Sequence record: OR757435
DNA: 64,000 nt
Reading direction: 5' to 3' (one strand)
Origin: Escherichia phage vB-EcoP-XT32
The notes under the pieces were generated by a model, which did no database searches, was not told the DNA's origin, and saw nothing but the letters and a program-made list of their open reading frames with translations. Numbering within the stretch: position 1 is the stretch's first letter; the number at the start of each line of letters is the position of its first letter. Positions 51,636 to 59,785 of the stretch are shown one piece after another. The position numbers and the translations under genes were made by a program.

Positions 51636-51884
51636 TTAAACTCCTTTAGGGAATGGGATGAGGTTTTCTACTGCAACACGGAATTCTTTCTCTACATCTT
51701 TATTCTTATAAGAAATGAACTTCCCATCAGCACCACGGAGGATTACGTTAGTACGAGCTGTTTTTGGGTTATGACCAATCTGGTTTGCAATGAGATTAGC
51801 AATGCCATGATTGTTGGTGAATTTCCACTTAACCAGACGGACAGTCATTACATCAATAATAGTTACAGTTTTTACAATAGACAT
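51636..51884 (-). CDS. hypothetical protein (paralog pair member)
   Basis: Same motif as 51359..51634; tandem arrangement. Confidence 0.45.
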   Translation of the reverse strand: MSIVKTVTIIDVMTVRLVKWKFTNNHGIANLIANQIGHNPKTARTNVILRGADGKFISYKNKDVEKEFRVAVENLIPFPKGV

Positions 51885-51952
51885 AGTTATTACCTAAGAA
51901 GTTTAATTCGGTTTATATAAAAGAAAAGGCCACCCATTTGGGTAGCCTCATA

Positions 51953-52276
51953 TTACGAGGAGCTTAAAGCTCCTTTTCGCTTAGCAGCGCCAGCTGCCTT
52001 CCCAGCTCGATCTCCACTTTTGCCGCCAGCTGAACGATTTCCGCTGACTGTTTCAACACGTAAGTTGCTTGACGCATTAGAGCCTCCTGACTTGATGGCT
52101 CGCTTGTGTCCAACGTCTTTACCTCTGACAGCAGCTTTTCCATCGCGCTTTTCAACGATGCGACGTGCACGGTGGCGCTGAGCATCTCCGCTCTTGCTAC
52201 CAATTCCCGTTTCACCCCTTGCGATGGCGGTACGTCTTTCTTGTGCATAATCTCTCTTTCCTACATGGTCTGCCAT
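51953..52276 (-). CDS. basic Gly/Lys/Arg-rich protein (possible nucleic-acid binding)
   Basis: Perfect AAGGAG RBS before ATG 52276; 107 aa, highly basic, low complexity. Confidence 0.45.
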   Translation of the reverse strand: MADHVGKRDYAQERRTAIARGETGIGSKSGDAQRHRARRIVEKRDGKAAVRGKDVGHKRAIKSGGSNASSNLRVETVSGNRSAGGKSGDRAGKAAGAAKRKGALSSS

Positions 52277-52332
52277 TTAAAACTCCTTAATATATCAGTG
52301 TACACTAAGGAGTATACATTATAAGTTACTGT

Positions 52333-53070
52333 TTAAGCTTTCTTTTCCATTGCTTTAACAATAGCTTTACAGAAACCAGAACGAACAATGTCATCTGATT
52401 CGCCGTCTACAATCTCAGCGAACTCATACAGATCATGTTCATCAATAAAGTTAGTAGCCCAAGTAAGACCACTCTCACGACCACGCATATCATGCTGGTT
52501 TGTATCACCCATGCAGAACAGCTGAGAGGTTTCTCCCAATCGAGTCATGATTGAGAAGGCTTCATCTTTAGTGGTGTTCTGGAACTCATCAACGATAACG
52601 ATAGCATCATTGAAAGAACGACCACGGAGATACTCCAGAGGTACAAACTCAATGTTACTATTACCGAGCTGGCATTCATAGAACCCCTTACCATATCTCT
52701 GAGTAATAACATCAATGATTGGCATCAGATATGGTTCAAATTTCTCACGCATTCCTCCCGGAAGCAACCCAAGTGAGTTACCCATGCCAACAGAAGGGCG
52801 ACTCAGAATGATCTTCTGAATCTTACCACTCTTCAGTGCATCAATAACTGTGGAAGTGATTACAAAGGTCTTCCCGCAGCCCGCAGGAGCGTCTGTGAAC
52901 ACAACTTGTTTAGTCTTGATAGCATTGAGCAGTTCAGACTGGAACTGGTTCTGAGGGACTACAGGCTTTGCTAAAACCACCTCTTCAAACTCGCGCTTAC
53001 CCTTACGAGTGACAAGTGCTTCCCGACGAAGGTCTTTCCGTGATTCTTTCCGTGATTGACGACGACTCAT
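52333..53070 (-). CDS. phoH: PhoH-like ATPase
   Basis: Walker A DAPAGCGKT and overall length/pattern of PhoH-family proteins. Confidence 0.7.
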   Translation of the reverse strand: MSRRQSRKESRKDLRREALVTRKGKREFEEVVLAKPVVPQNQFQSELLNAIKTKQVVFTDAPAGCGKTFVITSTVIDALKSGKIQKIILSRPSVGMGNSLGLLPGGMREKFEPYLMPIIDVITQRYGKGFYECQLGNSNIEFVPLEYLRGRSFNDAIVIVDEFQNTTKDEAFSIMTRLGETSQLFCMGDTNQHDMRGRESGLTWATNFIDEHDLYEFAEIVDGESDDIVRSGFCKAIVKAMEKKA

Positions 53071-53279
53071 TTACGCTCTCCAATTTCTTCGTAATGACAT
53101 TCAGTAGTTAAACAATCTTTACAGATTGCTGTATAAACCCTGACGTTAGTAAATCGTTTGTTCTTCCCTTTGGTTGGAGAGCCTTTGGCAAGCTCTCTGA
53201 TAACCTTGTTACTTAAATGAAGGTTTGTCCCTTCACATCTAGAGCACTTCACCACAATGTCCATTCGGTAAGAGACCAC
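53067..53279 (-). CDS. hypothetical zinc-binding small protein
   Basis: CSRCEG ... CKDC...C motif; ATGA overlap with phoH. Confidence 0.4.
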   Translation of the reverse strand: MVSYRMDIVVKCSRCEGTNLHLSNKVIRELAKGSPTKGKNKRFTNVRVYTAICKDCLTTECHYEEIGERK

Positions 53280-53449
53280 AGAGAGTCACCTATGTGGGCA
53301 TTGTCATTCCTGATGAGGTCTTTGATTTTATCAACATTAGTTAAGTGAGTCACATTCAAAATATCCTCAACATCTGGGGCATATTTAAATATGGCAACAA
53401 TACTGTTGTGATCTTCAGCATATCTTTCTAGAACATAAACTACGCTCAT
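53249..53449 (-). CDS. hypothetical protein
   Basis: 66-aa ORF. Confidence 0.35.
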   Translation of the reverse strand: MSVVYVLERYAEDHNSIVAIFKYAPDVEDILNVTHLTNVDKIKDLIRNDNAHIGDSLWSLTEWTLW

Positions 53450-53769
53450 GCGAAGTTAACCTCTTTATGAAGTCTGTAAACAGCTGTCGCCATACAAGCA
53501 ACAGCTTCGTTATGTGGGAGATGCATCCCTGTAGAACCATCCCAATCTTTGAACTCATTGTCAAAGACTCCGGTAGGCTCTGGATACAAGGCTTGCAACT
53601 CAACCAAATCGTTAGCAACTTGTTGCCATTTATCATCAGACCAGATAGGGTCATCCAACCAGTAATACAAATAGGAATGGATGATCAATTGCCTTCTGTG
53701 CCGATTAATCACTTCAGCGGGACTTATTTCACTTCCATTTGAAGTCCTAAATGTATTACCGTCAATCAT
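53446..53769 (-). CDS. hypothetical protein
   Basis: 107-aa ORF; HSYLYYWLDDPIWSDDKWQQVANDLVELQALYPE loosely recalls the N-terminal helical region of NAD-dependent ligases, but no catalytic motif. Confidence 0.35.
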   Translation of the reverse strand: MIDGNTFRTSNGSEISPAEVINRHRRQLIIHSYLYYWLDDPIWSDDKWQQVANDLVELQALYPEPTGVFDNEFKDWDGSTGMHLPHNEAVACMATAVYRLHKEVNFA

Positions 53770-53972
53770 TATGAAAATTTCCGTTCTGTTAAAAAGTACT
53801 GAACTTCATTATCCGGAGACCAAACCTTTTCTCCATTTACCAGCTTCTTAGCATCTTCATATGAAGCACAATCCAAAGCAGGGTTCTCGGGTGTTGGTTT
53901 CCCTAGGAAATATTTCCAAGTCCAACGCTCTCCGTCATCATCTTGACAGTCAAGAGTCCATAATGTTTTCAT
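53769..53972 (-). CDS. hypothetical protein
   Basis: 67-aa ORF. Confidence 0.35.
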   Translation of the reverse strand: MKTLWTLDCQDDDGERWTWKYFLGKPTPENPALDCASYEDAKKLVNGEKVWSPDNEVQYFLTERKFS

Positions 53973-54187
53973 TTAACAACCTTAAATTTGAATGTTGTTG
54001 GGTGATAATAATGCAACCTGTTAATGGTGTGCTTTGTTTCAAGATATATCCTACAAGAGTGACACATAACATGAGACAGACCAGTTACAGGATTAGGTTT
54101 GAAGTTGATGATAGTCTTCTCTTTCTTACAGAAGCTACACACTTTATGTGTCATTAACTCTCCAAAGTTTTCTTCAGAGCTGCCCAC
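53969..54187 (-). CDS. hypothetical zinc-finger small protein
   Basis: CSFC ... CHSC motif. Confidence 0.4.
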   Translation of the reverse strand: MGSSEENFGELMTHKVCSFCKKEKTIINFKPNPVTGLSHVMCHSCRIYLETKHTINRLHYYHPTTFKFKVVK

Positions 54188-54801
54188 GAGATTGGGTAGA
54201 GTTTAGCCATCTCTTCATCCAGAGATTGAGCAAACACTCGAACTTCATACTGAGCATGGGAGGATAGTCGCTGACGACACAACTCAAACCAGCCATACAA
54301 AGAACCAGTCCAGTACCAAGTAGTTACCATACCTTGAGGTAAAACAAATCTAGCCTGTTCAGGAGCTACGAACTTAATTAATTCATCATAACTAGCAAGA
54401 GATGCCTCATATGCAGAGTTAAACAAAGCTAAAGCCTTTACCTCTTCATCTCCTTCAAGGAGTGTTCCAGAACCCGAATGTAGATCATCGGGGCGAGAGA
54501 AGATTTCTTTAGGTATAAAAATATCCACTGCTCCATCTTTATATCTACGACTCATCTCATTCCAAGAAAAACCAACTTGATGCTTCTGTAGCTGACGTGC
54601 AATTGCTATAGGGGCTTCGCATCTGAAGCTAGCTTGTGGGTGGCGAAAAGGGCTTACGTGTCGCTCTCGAGCTAGGAAGTTAATAAGCCGAGTATCACTT
54701 TCTTTCAACTCCTCTCTTTCTACCCCCATAGTCACACGAGCAGCATTGACCACAGTAAGGTCGGAACCGAAGTTATCAATTAGTGAAGCTTTGATTGTCA
54801 T
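54154..54801 (-). CDS. thyX: flavin-dependent thymidylate synthase ThyX homolog (divergent signature)
   Basis: HVSPFRH ... APIAIARQ ... KHQVGFSWNEMSRRY ... FIP and VLPQG...W...SHAQ align with ThyX; canonical RHR of the RHRx7S motif reads KHQ here. Confidence 0.7.
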   Translation of the reverse strand: MTIKASLIDNFGSDLTVVNAARVTMGVEREELKESDTRLINFLARERHVSPFRHPQASFRCEAPIAIARQLQKHQVGFSWNEMSRRYKDGAVDIFIPKEIFSRPDDLHSGSGTLLEGDEEVKALALFNSAYEASLASYDELIKFVAPEQARFVLPQGMVTTWYWTGSLYGWFELCRQRLSSHAQYEVRVFAQSLDEEMAKLYPISWAALKKTLES

Positions 54802-55267
54802 TTATATAAGTCTCCTTGACTTTATTATATGCTTTAGAGGCTTCTTCTATAGTTGAGAAGAGTCCTATGTGCTTAGATTTGAATACCGCCCGGTAAGCAA
54901 TAGAGCCACTTTTCCTTCTATGAAGAGTTACTCCAATCACTCCGGTTGATAAGTTGTTACTTTGGGCTATTTTGTTGAGTCCATTCCCTGACCTAGTAGT
55001 CCCTCTAAGGTTCTCTCTTTTGTTATTTAGTCTGTTGCGGTCTACATGGTCCACTTCTTCAGGAAGCAATCCAGTGTCCCACCAGTAAGCAAGTCGATGA
55101 GCATAATACCTAACACCTTTATAAACGATTCTCAAATACCCGTTGGTATTTATAGAACCAGCTATAGACCCTTTGCGCCCTTTTCCATAAGTTTTAACCC
55201 ATCGGAAATCTCCAGTCAAAGGGTCATAATCAAGAGCTTCTTTTATTGATGGATCAATATCATTCAT
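54776..55267 (-). CDS. HNH homing endonuclease with AP2-type domain
   Basis: EVDHVDRNRLNNKRENL (HNH) plus TGVIGVTLHRRKSGSIAYRAVFKSKHIGLFSTIEEA (AP2-like). Confidence 0.7.
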   Translation of the reverse strand: MNDIDPSIKEALDYDPLTGDFRWVKTYGKGRKGSIAGSINTNGYLRIVYKGVRYYAHRLAYWWDTGLLPEEVDHVDRNRLNNKRENLRGTTRSGNGLNKIAQSNNLSTGVIGVTLHRRKSGSIAYRAVFKSKHIGLFSTIEEASKAYNKVKETYINDNQSFTN

Positions 55268-55282
55268 CCGTGAATTTCCTTA

Positions 55283-55492
55283 TTAATATTCTTTTACATA
55301 ACAAACCACTAAGGTTCCCTTCTCTGACAATGTTGATTTATGTAAGCTTACTTTACTATAAATCTTTGGAGACATCTTAAGAGCCTTCTTAAAACGGCGA
55401 GCATCTTTACGAGTAGCAAAGTGCTCTGTAACAGGTATAGCCGGGTCTTGGTAGAGGTAATATACCACCGTCCAATATTTTTTCATAATCAA
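55283..55492 (-). CDS. hypothetical small protein (MKKxW paralog family)
   Basis: MKKYWTVVYY ... ATRKDARRFKK shared with 57448..57962 genes. Confidence 0.4.
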   Translation of the reverse strand: MIMKKYWTVVYYLYQDPAIPVTEHFATRKDARRFKKALKMSPKIYSKVSLHKSTLSEKGTLVVCYVKEY

Positions 55493-55761
55493 ACACCTAG
55501 GGCAGTAGTTAAGAATGCTTTCAGGTTTGCTTCGGTCTGCATACCAGAGAGACTATAGTGTGCACCACTATTACGGTCAGGTACAACGAAAGCAGGGATG
55601 CTTCTTACACCATACTTAACAGCTTGTTCACGACCATCACCTTCAAGGATGTTAATCTCTTCTACTTCTACATCGAACTCCTTAACAACCTTCTCAAAGG
55701 TAGGAGCCATTGCTTTACATGGAGCACACTGATCGCTATAAAACTTAATCACTTTAGACAT
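55489..55761 (-). CDS. thioredoxin-like protein
   Basis: Start set to ATG 55761 (AAGGAA RBS); CAPC active-site motif at the thioredoxin position (YSDQCAPCKAMAP), cis-Pro context SIPAFVV. Confidence 0.7.
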   Translation of the reverse strand: MSKVIKFYSDQCAPCKAMAPTFEKVVKEFDVEVEEINILEGDGREQAVKYGVRSIPAFVVPDRNSGAHYSLSGMQTEANLKAFLTTALGV

Positions 55762-55762
55762 T

Positions 55763-55939
55763 CTATTCCTTGTTAATAAACAGGTTGATATGACGTTGGG
55801 TAGCAGGAACAACAATAAAAGATTTATACTGACCTTTTGCTAAGTCATGAGCAATCTTCTTTGTTTGACCAAGACCCATCACACAGCCACTAACGATAAT
55901 GGCATGTGCTTGTAATTCTTCAGGTAGGTTTAGTTTCAC
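55763..55939 (-). CDS. hypothetical small protein (58 aa)
   Basis: GTG start with AAGGAAA RBS; stop 1 nt before the thioredoxin start; below ORF-track cutoff. Confidence 0.25.
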   Translation of the reverse strand: MKLNLPEELQAHAIIVSGCVMGLGQTKKIAHDLAKGQYKSFIVVPATQRHINLFINKE

Positions 55940-55951
55940 TCTTTGGTTTCC

Positions 55952-56137
55952 TTATAGCATACAAAGAATAATAACAAGAGGTAGTGTTATAGCAAAATGT
56001 ACCAGAACAACACTGCCTAGCTTGATAGCTTTAACATCCTCTTCTGCTGGGTTTTCTTTAATTGCTAAATTTCGAGCTTTATATATAACAGTACCAACTA
56101 TTAACGACCACACGGCCCACACAATCAGTGAAATCAT
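55952..56137 (-). CDS. small two-helix membrane protein (paralog A)
   Basis: 61 aa with two hydrophobic segments; paralogous to 56147..56326. Confidence 0.45.
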   Translation of the reverse strand: MISLIVWAVWSLIVGTVIYKARNLAIKENPAEEDVKAIKLGSVVLVHFAITLPLVIILCML

Positions 56138-56146
56138 ATCAAACCC

Positions 56147-56326
56147 TTATGCAGTCAGGAGGTGAAGCAGGAATGGGATAACAACAGCTACGACAACCAT
56201 GATGGTTGATGCTGTTTGAATCTCACCTTTCTTGTCAGGAGTTTCTTCAATAAGCTTGCCAGAAGCCCAATAGATACCACCACCAATAAAGACAGCCCAA
56301 ATACCCCATACGATTGCTGATAACAT
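56147..56326 (-). CDS. small two-helix membrane protein (paralog B)
   Basis: ATG 56326; MLSAIVWGIWAVFIGGGIYWASGKLIEETPDKKGEIQTASTIMVVVAVVIPFLLHLLTA; in a different frame from track ORF 56188..56442. Confidence 0.4.
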   Translation of the reverse strand: MLSAIVWGIWAVFIGGGIYWASGKLIEETPDKKGEIQTASTIMVVVAVVIPFLLHLLTA

Positions 56327-56387
56327 ATATCTATATCCTTATAAATAAGTTCGCCCCACCTCGGGTTAGGAGACAGGGCGGAGGTTT

Positions 56388-56951
56388 TTAGTAAGACACA
56401 TCGCCACTTGAGTGGGACATGTTGCTCTTGACGAAGTAGCAATACTTGCCAAGACCTTCATTAATTTCTTGAAGCATACTCTGATCAACTGGATAAGTGG
56501 CTAAATCACCATCAAACTCATCCATCTTCTCAATAATACACATCAAGGTCATGCACATATCAGAGAGCATACCGTCCATATCTAGGTCAGCATTACCCTC
56601 TGAGAACCAAGCATGGGAGAGATAATTGGCTGCTGTGGCGTCCACTTTAACACAGTGGTAACGCATACGTTCAGCAATACGATCTCCTACTTGTCGTGCG
56701 TAATCTTCCAGCTCATCAAACATACCATGAACACCCTGAAATCCTGCACCAGAGACGTTCCAATGGTAGTTTTTAGCTTTGATATGCAAGAGTTCTATGT
56801 TAGCTTGTAAGCAGCTCAGGATGTGTTCTAGGCTGTTTCCACTAATCATACCCTGCATTGTTTCAAGGCGAGAGATTGAAAGCTCTGATCGGTCTAACAT
56901 ATTATATTCGGCACGACCAATCTCAGGTAAATCAAAAACATTCTTATGCAT
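56388..56951 (-). CDS. dps: Dps-like ferritin-fold protein
   Basis: LHIKAKNYHWNVSGAGFQGVHGMFDELEDYARQVGDRIAERM matches the Dps signature (KN.HWNV.G..F..VH..FDE ... D.IAER); start codon is 2 nt from the N-run, so upstream context is unknown. Confidence 0.65.
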   Translation of the reverse strand: MHKNVFDLPEIGRAEYNMLDRSELSISRLETMQGMISGNSLEHILSCLQANIELLHIKAKNYHWNVSGAGFQGVHGMFDELEDYARQVGDRIAERMRYHCVKVDATAANYLSHAWFSEGNADLDMDGMLSDMCMTLMCIIEKMDEFDGDLATYPVDQSMLQEINEGLGKYCYFVKSNMSHSSGDVSY

Positions 56952-56952
56952 T

Positions 56953-57447
56953 NNNNNNNNNNNNNNNNNNNNNNNNNNNNNNNNNNNNNNNNNNNNNNNN
57001 NNNNNNNNNNNNNNNNNNNNNNNNNNNNNNNNNNNNNNNNNNNNNNNNNNNNNNNNNNNNNNNNNNNNNNNNNNNNNNNNNNNNNNNNNNNNNNNNNNNN
57101 NNNNNNNNNNNNNNNNNNNNNNNNNNNNNNNNNNNNNNNNNNNNNNNNNNNNNNNNNNNNNNNNNNNNNNNNNNNNNNNNNNNNNNNNNNNNNNNNNNNN
57201 NNNNNNNNNNNNNNNNNNNNNNNNNNNNNNNNNNNNNNNNNNNNNNNNNNNNNNNNNNNNNNNNNNNNNNNNNNNNNNNNNNNNNNNNNNNNNNNNNNNN
57301 NNNNNNNNNNNNNNNNNNNNNNNNNNNNNNNNNNNNNNNNNNNNNNNNNNNNNNNNNNNNNNNNNNNNNNNNNNNNNNNNNNNNNNNNNNNNNNNNNNNN
57401 NNNNNNNNNNNNNNNNNNNNNNNNNNNNNNNNNNNNNNNNNNNNNNN
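56953..57447. other. assembly gap (495 N)
   Basis: Continuous run of n characters. Confidence 1.
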
Positions 57448-57556
57448 GTTTCTTAGCAATACGAGCCTCTTTGCGAGTGTCAAACAATTTGATGCTATCT
57501 TTTCTCGTGTGTTGATCAAGATCCCAAACAACACGAATCGCCCACATCTTTTTCAT
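57448..57556 (-). CDS. hypothetical small protein (MKKxW family), 3' end lost in assembly gap
   Basis: N-terminal MKKMWAIRVVWDLDQHTRKDSIKLFDTRKEARIAKK then N-run. Confidence 0.35.
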
Positions 57557-57765
57557 TAGTAATGTACCTTTCCGCTGATATAAACACGACCAGAAGAATA
57601 CTCCTTGGCCTTATGGATACTGATACTATTGACCACGTCACCAGTAAGCATAGTCTTTTTAAAATCTCGAGCCTGTTGACGAGTAGGAAGTGCAGTCATA
57701 GTCATACCACCTGATGCCCACTTAATCTTTGCTAACCAAAACTGTCTCATAGTGATTGGTCTCAT
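57556..57765 (-). CDS. hypothetical small protein (MKKxW family)
   Basis: 69-aa ORF; ...TRQQARDFKK motif. Confidence 0.4.
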   Translation of the reverse strand: MRPITMRQFWLAKIKWASGGMTMTALPTRQQARDFKKTMLTGDVVNSISIHKAKEYSSGRVYISGKVHY

Positions 57766-57962
57766 TAATAATAAACCTTGCTGTTGGCAAAAAGAGCACC
57801 TTCGTTATTCACAATAGCTTTTCCTATTGTAACCTTATTGAGTCTAAAAGTAGACTTGTATTGGTTTTTGACCCTACGGGCGTGTTCTCGAGTGTTAATA
57901 AAATCTACAGCTACCAAGTCTCCAGTCGTATCATCATGTACACGAACAATCCACTTTTTCAT
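57765..57962 (-). CDS. hypothetical small protein (MKKxW family)
   Basis: MKKWIVRVHDD ... NTREHARRVKNQ. Confidence 0.4.
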   Translation of the reverse strand: MKKWIVRVHDDTTGDLVAVDFINTREHARRVKNQYKSTFRLNKVTIGKAIVNNEGALFANSKVYY

Positions 57963-58165
57963 TTTACTAAACCCTTCATATAGTTATAAAGATCGTTAGA
58001 GGCTTTACCCCATTCAAGGTGCTTCTTATCCATATAGCTCTTACAAGCTTCTTTACTGCTTTCGACGCATATATCAAATTGATGACATGCTCGACCAAAT
58101 GTCATAGCTTTTAATTGAACCTCGGTAGTCAAACCTTTCAGTTCTTGGAACTCTTCTTCAGTCAT
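57959..58165 (-). CDS. hypothetical protein
   Basis: 68-aa ORF, ATGA overlap with neighbour. Confidence 0.4.
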   Translation of the reverse strand: MTEEEFQELKGLTTEVQLKAMTFGRACHQFDICVESSKEACKSYMDKKHLEWGKASNDLYNYMKGLVK

Positions 58166-58699
58166 TTACACACCTTTAGATGCAACTACACCTTCAGAGT
58201 TATTATAACGCCCCTTCACTGCATAGGAATGTTCCCCTGCATGAGAGTGCTCAAACATCACCATCTGACCAACACGCATACCAGCACGAACTCGTAAACT
58301 GTGGTGCTTGGTTACGTTATGGAATTCAAATGTCAGCTTACTGCTATTAAATCCTGCATCTGCCCAACCGGCGTGAAGGTGGTTCAAACCACAACGAGCC
58401 ATAGACGAACGCAGAACAAACAGACTTGAGATGTTATCTGGAAGATTAAACTCCTCCATGGAGTGAGCCAAGAAGAACTGACCCGGAGTGATAACCAAAC
58501 CCTCTTCAGGAATTTTTACTTCCTTCCACTGAAGATTTTCTTTCGCATCAATATCAACGATGCCATCAGCCTGTTCTTCAACAAGGATAGTATCACCAAT
58601 ACGGATATCCACACTAGCAGCGTTAACATACTTATGCTCCGCATCCAGATAGCCATTATCAATTACATCGTGTAGTTCAACACTTCCTAGTAAACTCAT
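58166..58699 (-). CDS. dcd: dCTP deaminase
   Basis: AASVDIRIGD, HAGWADAGFNSSKLTFEF and C-terminal YNNSEGVVASKG match the Dcd signature (VD.RLG, GW.D.G..G...LE, Y..QQGAVASR). Confidence 0.75.
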   Translation of the reverse strand: MSLLGSVELHDVIDNGYLDAEHKYVNAASVDIRIGDTILVEEQADGIVDIDAKENLQWKEVKIPEEGLVITPGQFFLAHSMEEFNLPDNISSLFVLRSSMARCGLNHLHAGWADAGFNSSKLTFEFHNVTKHHSLRVRAGMRVGQMVMFEHSHAGEHSYAVKGRYNNSEGVVASKGV

Positions 58700-58708
58700 T
58701 TTTATTCC

Positions 58709-59785
58709 TTAGTTATTTGTTTCCATGTCAAAAGAAAATCCACGACCCGCTTCATCGGCAAACCGAACTGTACGGGTTTGAGGCTCTAATACTTCAGGGT
58801 TGTTAGCAACAAACCGATCAGCGAGACTTTGGTTGACAGTTTCAGCGAGTTCCCCATGAGAGGGAATATTAAGATCGGCGAGATTATCAACCACATCTTG
58901 GGCCACGTCTTCATCAGTCCATACAGCCCTAACAGGTGCGTTGAAACTCTGACCAGAGAACTGGTGACGGCTAACAGTCAAACCATTTGATTGACCATTA
59001 GAACGTCTAGACAACCACTGCTCAAATGAATCGCCAGTAACACCAAGAGCTTCTTCAAAAGATGTTCTACGAGTAGAGCTTAGATTTCGTGCTTCGTTTG
59101 CTCGACGTCTTGCAGGGGCTACAAACACCCCTTCAACTGCATTGTGCCGATTAGGTTCATCTTCTCGACCAAGGAGATCTCCTCCTGTATTAGTTGTTAA
59201 GTTTGTCAACCCTTCAGACCAATATGCACGAATCTGGCTAGAGCCGTGAATGATTGACATTAACTGAATCTCTTCATAAGGGATTCCAAAGAATATACTC
59301 ATGTCTCGGTTAACACAATATTGAGCACTTGTTGTATCCTCAATAAGAGAAACCTGACCTAATCCACTAACCAGATGACTAACTGGCTGAGGTGTAGGAA
59401 GGTATCGAGTTTGGGCCATATATTGATATGCAACAGATGGAGCTGAGAATCTTAACACTTGTGAATTAGGCCACTTTTTGTGAACGTATCTGATTTCACG
59501 ACTAGAAACAACCACCGGGCAAGGAGCGGTCATAGCCAAATATCCATGAGGAGTCATGAATAGGTTTTCAAGGGTCATCGCACCACGACACATCATAGGA
59601 AAATTATCCAATACCTCTTCGATAGAAGTGGGATAATTAAACATGAATTGGATTCGAGTTCCCTGCCACTGAAATTCAATGATATCAGTGAATGTTAATT
59701 GGGAAGTTCCTGTATATGGTTCATCTGTAGTTTCAGCAAGAAGAGATGAATACTCAATATCTTGTGACTCTAGCCACTCTTTCAC
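58709..59785 (-). CDS. hypothetical protein (358 aa), partner of the upstream nucleotidyltransferase
   Basis: GTG start in ATGA-type overlap with the NTase stop; no ATG in frame upstream; no recognised motif. Confidence 0.45.
   Translation of the reverse strand: MKEWLESQDIEYSSLLAETTDEPYTGTSQLTFTDIIEFQWQGTRIQFMFNYPTSIEEVLDNFPMMCRGAMTLENLFMTPHGYLAMTAPCPVVVSSREIRYVHKKWPNSQVLRFSAPSVAYQYMAQTRYLPTPQPVSHLVSGLGQVSLIEDTTSAQYCVNRDMSIFFGIPYEEIQLMSIIHGSSQIRAYWSEGLTNLTTNTGGDLLGREDEPNRHNAVEGVFVAPARRRANEARNLSSTRRTSFEEALGVTGDSFEQWLSRRSNGQSNGLTVSRHQFSGQSFNAPVRAVWTDEDVAQDVVDNLADLNIPSHGELAETVNQSLADRFVANNPEVLEPQTRTVRFADEAGRGFSFDMETNN

Noticed and set aside
51964-52248. 94-aa ORF in an alternative frame overlapping 51953..52276
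   Set aside because: The overlapping 107-aa frame has a perfect AAGGAG RBS and ATG; the alternative has no RBS.
56779-57559. Five long ORFs (189-233 aa) consisting mostly of X residues
   Set aside because: They run through the 495-N assembly gap and are translation artefacts; only the flanking real sequence was considered.
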